DNA of 64,000 bases, from assembly GCA_963845065.1 (NCBI GenBank), contig CAWJQQ010000001.1, forward strand, positions 448,001 to 512,000, in the 5' to 3' direction. Position 1 is the first letter of the stretch; each line of letters starts with the position of its first letter. Source of the stretch: Nitrospirota bacterium (lineage in GTDB: Bacteria; Nitrospirota; UBA9217). The translations under genes were made by a program, and so were the position numbers. Shown here one piece after another: positions 61,288 to 64,000 of the stretch. The notes below the pieces were generated by a model that was not told where the DNA came from, made no database searches, and was given only the letters and a program-made list of their open reading frames with translations.

Positions 61288-62742
61288 ATGCCAAGTGGTT
61301 CCTTTATCGGCATCGATCATGGAAGCAGTGCTACCAAGTCTGTAGTTGTGAGCGTAGAAGGACAGGTTCTCTACGAGACCCGGAGGGACCTTCCGATGCC
61401 GCTTCGATCCGGCATTCGAATCGAGCATACTGCGGAAGAAATCTTCCATTCGGTTTCTGATGTTCTTAACGAGTCCGTACAAGCAGTCAAGGCTCCCGGC
61501 ATGCCAATCCTGGGTATCGGGCTCTCATGCCAACGCTCCTCCTGCCTCTCGTGGAGGGAATCAACGGGAACCCCCCTCACACCGGTCATTAGCTGGCGAG
61601 ATACCCGGGGGAACGACCTTATCGATAGCATTAGGGAACAAGAGCCTGTAATCCACCGCTTGTCCGGCCTTCCACTCACGCCTTACTATTCCGCATCTAA
61701 ACTGCGCTGGATCAGGGACAACATCGTGGCGTCGAGGCAGCCGGATACGGTATTCGGAACGCTGAGCAGTTTACTGGTCAGGTATCTCATTGGGAACAGA
61801 GAGGACGTGATAGATCACACCCATGCAGCCCGCACCCAACTTATGAACATCAAGACGCTCGCTTGGGACGAGGAATTGCTTGGATTTTTTGGTCTGACCG
61901 GCATACGGCTTCCCAAGATCGTTCCCTCAGGGCACACGTTCGGTATGACGCACACACAAGTTGGAGACATTCCTCTTCTCGCCTGCCTTGGCGACCAGCA
62001 GGCGGCCATGCTAGGGCTCGGCGTGTTAGAAAAAGGCGATGCGGGAATCAACCTCGGGACAGGCGGGTTTCTGATGGTGAACACCGGCGCTGAGCTCGTG
62101 CCCATGCAAGGTCTCATGGCATCGGTCCATTATTCGAATGAGAAAGAGCGATGCTATCTGCTCGAAGGAAGCGTGAACGCCGTGGGCGATGCACTGGAAT
62201 GGTTGAGAATAAACCTACGTCTCTTCCATGAATACCAAGAAGTGGATGATCTCTGTTGGAAGGCTGCTACTGACACAGTGGCCTTCATCGGCCTGAACGG
62301 CACCGGCGCGCCTTACTGGGAAACGAACATATCGAGTGCCTTCCATGGCCTGGAGCCTGAGAGTACCTCGGCTGACATGGTGCGCGCCGTTGTTGAGGGT
62401 TTCGTTTTCTTTATAAAAAACATCGCAGAAGAGATCCAAAAGAGCGGAATTGAACCTAGGAACTTCGTCCTCTCAGGAGGGTTGTCCTCTATCACCTATC
62501 TTAGCCAGATCCAAGCCGACATACTCAAAACAGATATGTTCATCAGCGCTGGTCGAGAAGCATCCGCCCTTGGCGCTGCATTTCTTGCCGGCATACAGCA
62601 CGGTACGTGGAAAGCTGATGACATCAGGAGAATGGCATCACAGGGAGAGTTGGTGAACGGCGAATCGAATCCCGGGCTTGAGAGAAGATATAAGAAGTGG
62701 AAAGAACTGCACCGGCTGATGAGAGAGGCGTATAAAGTGTGA
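61288..62742 (+). CDS. FGGY-family carbohydrate kinase (glycerol kinase-like)
   Basis: GIDHGSSATK, SCQR, SWRDTR, GDQQAA, GTGGF, GAPYW, ALGAA. Confidence 0.9.
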   Translation: MPSGSFIGIDHGSSATKSVVVSVEGQVLYETRRDLPMPLRSGIRIEHTAEEIFHSVSDVLNESVQAVKAPGMPILGIGLSCQRSSCLSWRESTGTPLTPVISWRDTRGNDLIDSIREQEPVIHRLSGLPLTPYYSASKLRWIRDNIVASRQPDTVFGTLSSLLVRYLIGNREDVIDHTHAARTQLMNIKTLAWDEELLGFFGLTGIRLPKIVPSGHTFGMTHTQVGDIPLLACLGDQQAAMLGLGVLEKGDAGINLGTGGFLMVNTGAELVPMQGLMASVHYSNEKERCYLLEGSVNAVGDALEWLRINLRLFHEYQEVDDLCWKAATDTVAFIGLNGTGAPYWETNISSAFHGLEPESTSADMVRAVVEGFVFFIKNIAEEIQKSGIEPRNFVLSGGLSSITYLSQIQADILKTDMFISAGREASALGAAFLAGIQHGTWKADDIRRMASQGELVNGESNPGLERRYKKWKELHRLMREAYKV

Positions 62743-62976
62743 ATGGGTATTTTATGGGTAGATACTGAAATTGCCGAATAAATTGTGCTATGTTATCAAC
62801 AATGGAAACACCAACAGTTTAGGGAGAATCGCTCAGTGTTAACTTTTAACGGCATTCTTCACTTTGTTGGCCATACCTGAACGCAATTTGTCGACAATAA
62901 ATGATCTCAAATGGCCGCAGATGACCGTCCTCGCGATAGAACATCGTTCGCAATTTTACCCGTTTCTTAAATATTC

Positions 62977-63410
62977 CTACAGCTGCGGTAGTTTCAAAAC
63001 CATCCCTTCCCCGAGCGTCAGGTCATCAATATGCCCGGCAACCTTGCTTACGTGCGACACATATGAATCATGTTCTTTATTTCCGAGCCTTTCTTGATTG
63101 TGGGAGCGTACTCTGCGATGAACATGCCAACGTGGGTGGTCGGAATAGAATTTAATGATATCGACGGGCTCATTCTTTGCGATAAAGTGCGCCTTTGATT
63201 TGACGAACAGCTTTTTCATAATGGGTTTCCCTTCGTGCGATCGACATTGATGTGCCATTTGATCGCCACTGGCGTCCCTGCGAGCGGGAACGGGAAAGGC
63301 TTCGTTACATCGCTTCTTGCTGATTGCGCCTGTTCTTTGGCGAATTGCTGTAGATCAACGTAACCCTTTACCGGAGCGGGAACGGGAACGTCTTTCCATT
63401 GCGATTGTAC
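62977..63410 (-). pseudogene. Frameshifted relic, possibly acetolactate-decarboxylase-like
   Basis: KPFPFPLAGTPVAIKWHINVDR..PVDIIKFYS..IHM..SKVAGHIDDLTL across frames. Confidence 0.4.
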
Positions 63411-63442
63411 CGACCAGACAAAAAAAGATTATATCGTGCTTG

Positions 63443-63673
63443 GATAAAATCCAGCTTCTCTTGTTCGACATTATTATGCCGAAGAAAACCGGGCAAGAGG
63501 CCTATGATGAAATCAAGGCCATGACGCCTGGGGTAAAAATACTTTTTGTGAGCGGGTATGCCCCTGACATGGTCCGTCAAAGGGTGTTGATTGATGACGG
63601 TATGCCAGTGATCAACAAAGCCATTTCTCCGACAGAACTATTGAAGCAGGTTAGGAAGACGTTGAACAGGTGA
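63443..63673 (+). pseudogene. Orphan C-terminal half of a response-regulator receiver domain
   Basis: IQLLLFDIIMPKKTG..KILFVSGY..K.ISPTELLKQVRKTL; N-terminal half missing. Confidence 0.8.
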
Positions 63674-63798
63674 AATTGCACTGACACACATGAACAAAAA
63701 TATAAACCATGCTTTACTTAATTTGGCTTCAAGACAACTTCATATAATCGAGGGTTTCGTGAGGCTGTGCAATCTATTGTTTTATCTAGAAATCACGC

Positions 63799-63825
63799 TA
63801 TAGTTTCGGCCAAAGTTTCCGATAA
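63799..63825 (+). promoter_or_regulatory. Sigma-28-like promoter (related copy on the minus strand near 44968-44995)
   Basis: TATAGTTT-N11-TCCGATAA versus consensus TAAAGTTT-N11-GCCGATAA. Confidence 0.4.
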
Positions 63826-64000
63826 GATAGATGGATGAGAATGCGTTATTAAGGAATGAAGGAAATAACATGTCTCAAATGCAATTTCTGGCGTTGATTC
63901 GGGGCAACCTATTTTGTCAATCTCAGCAAGTGTTTTCTCAGCGACCTGAAACAATGGGTGTTGTTCCACAACTCCAGGGTGTTGCTGTATCAATCTCGAC

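Overview
Bacterial accessory-rich region, probably from an anaerobe (Nitrospirota/Desulfobacterota-like; inferred from gene content only). It is mostly minus-strand and full of gene relics. The main feature is an ~18 kb fluoride-responsive island (~9.8-28.05 kb) with two fluoride (crcB-motif) riboswitches. The first leads a seven-gene Hyf-like membrane complex whose large subunit lacks most Ni-binding cysteines (Ehr type) and which has a tandemly duplicated HyfB-like subunit; antiporter and USP relics, the Fluc channel crcB and a double DUF190 protein follow it. The second riboswitch carries a 78-nt structured insertion and leads a single dynamin-like GTPase, followed by ATPase and enolase relics, a HAD hydrolase and a GalT-like enzyme. 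Also present: a lactate-utilisation operon (lctP, lutC, lutB-lutA fusion, FAD/Fe-S D-lactate dehydrogenase) with a PocR-PAS kinase and NarL regulator; an intact IS608-like tnpB-only element; several other IS200/IS605 relics; an intact IS256 with an 8-bp target duplication; a decayed tRNA-Met att-like scar; lpxD; and assorted hydrolases. No CRISPR array, rRNA or intact tRNA was seen. All alignments were made by eye and family calls come from motif recognition, not database searches.
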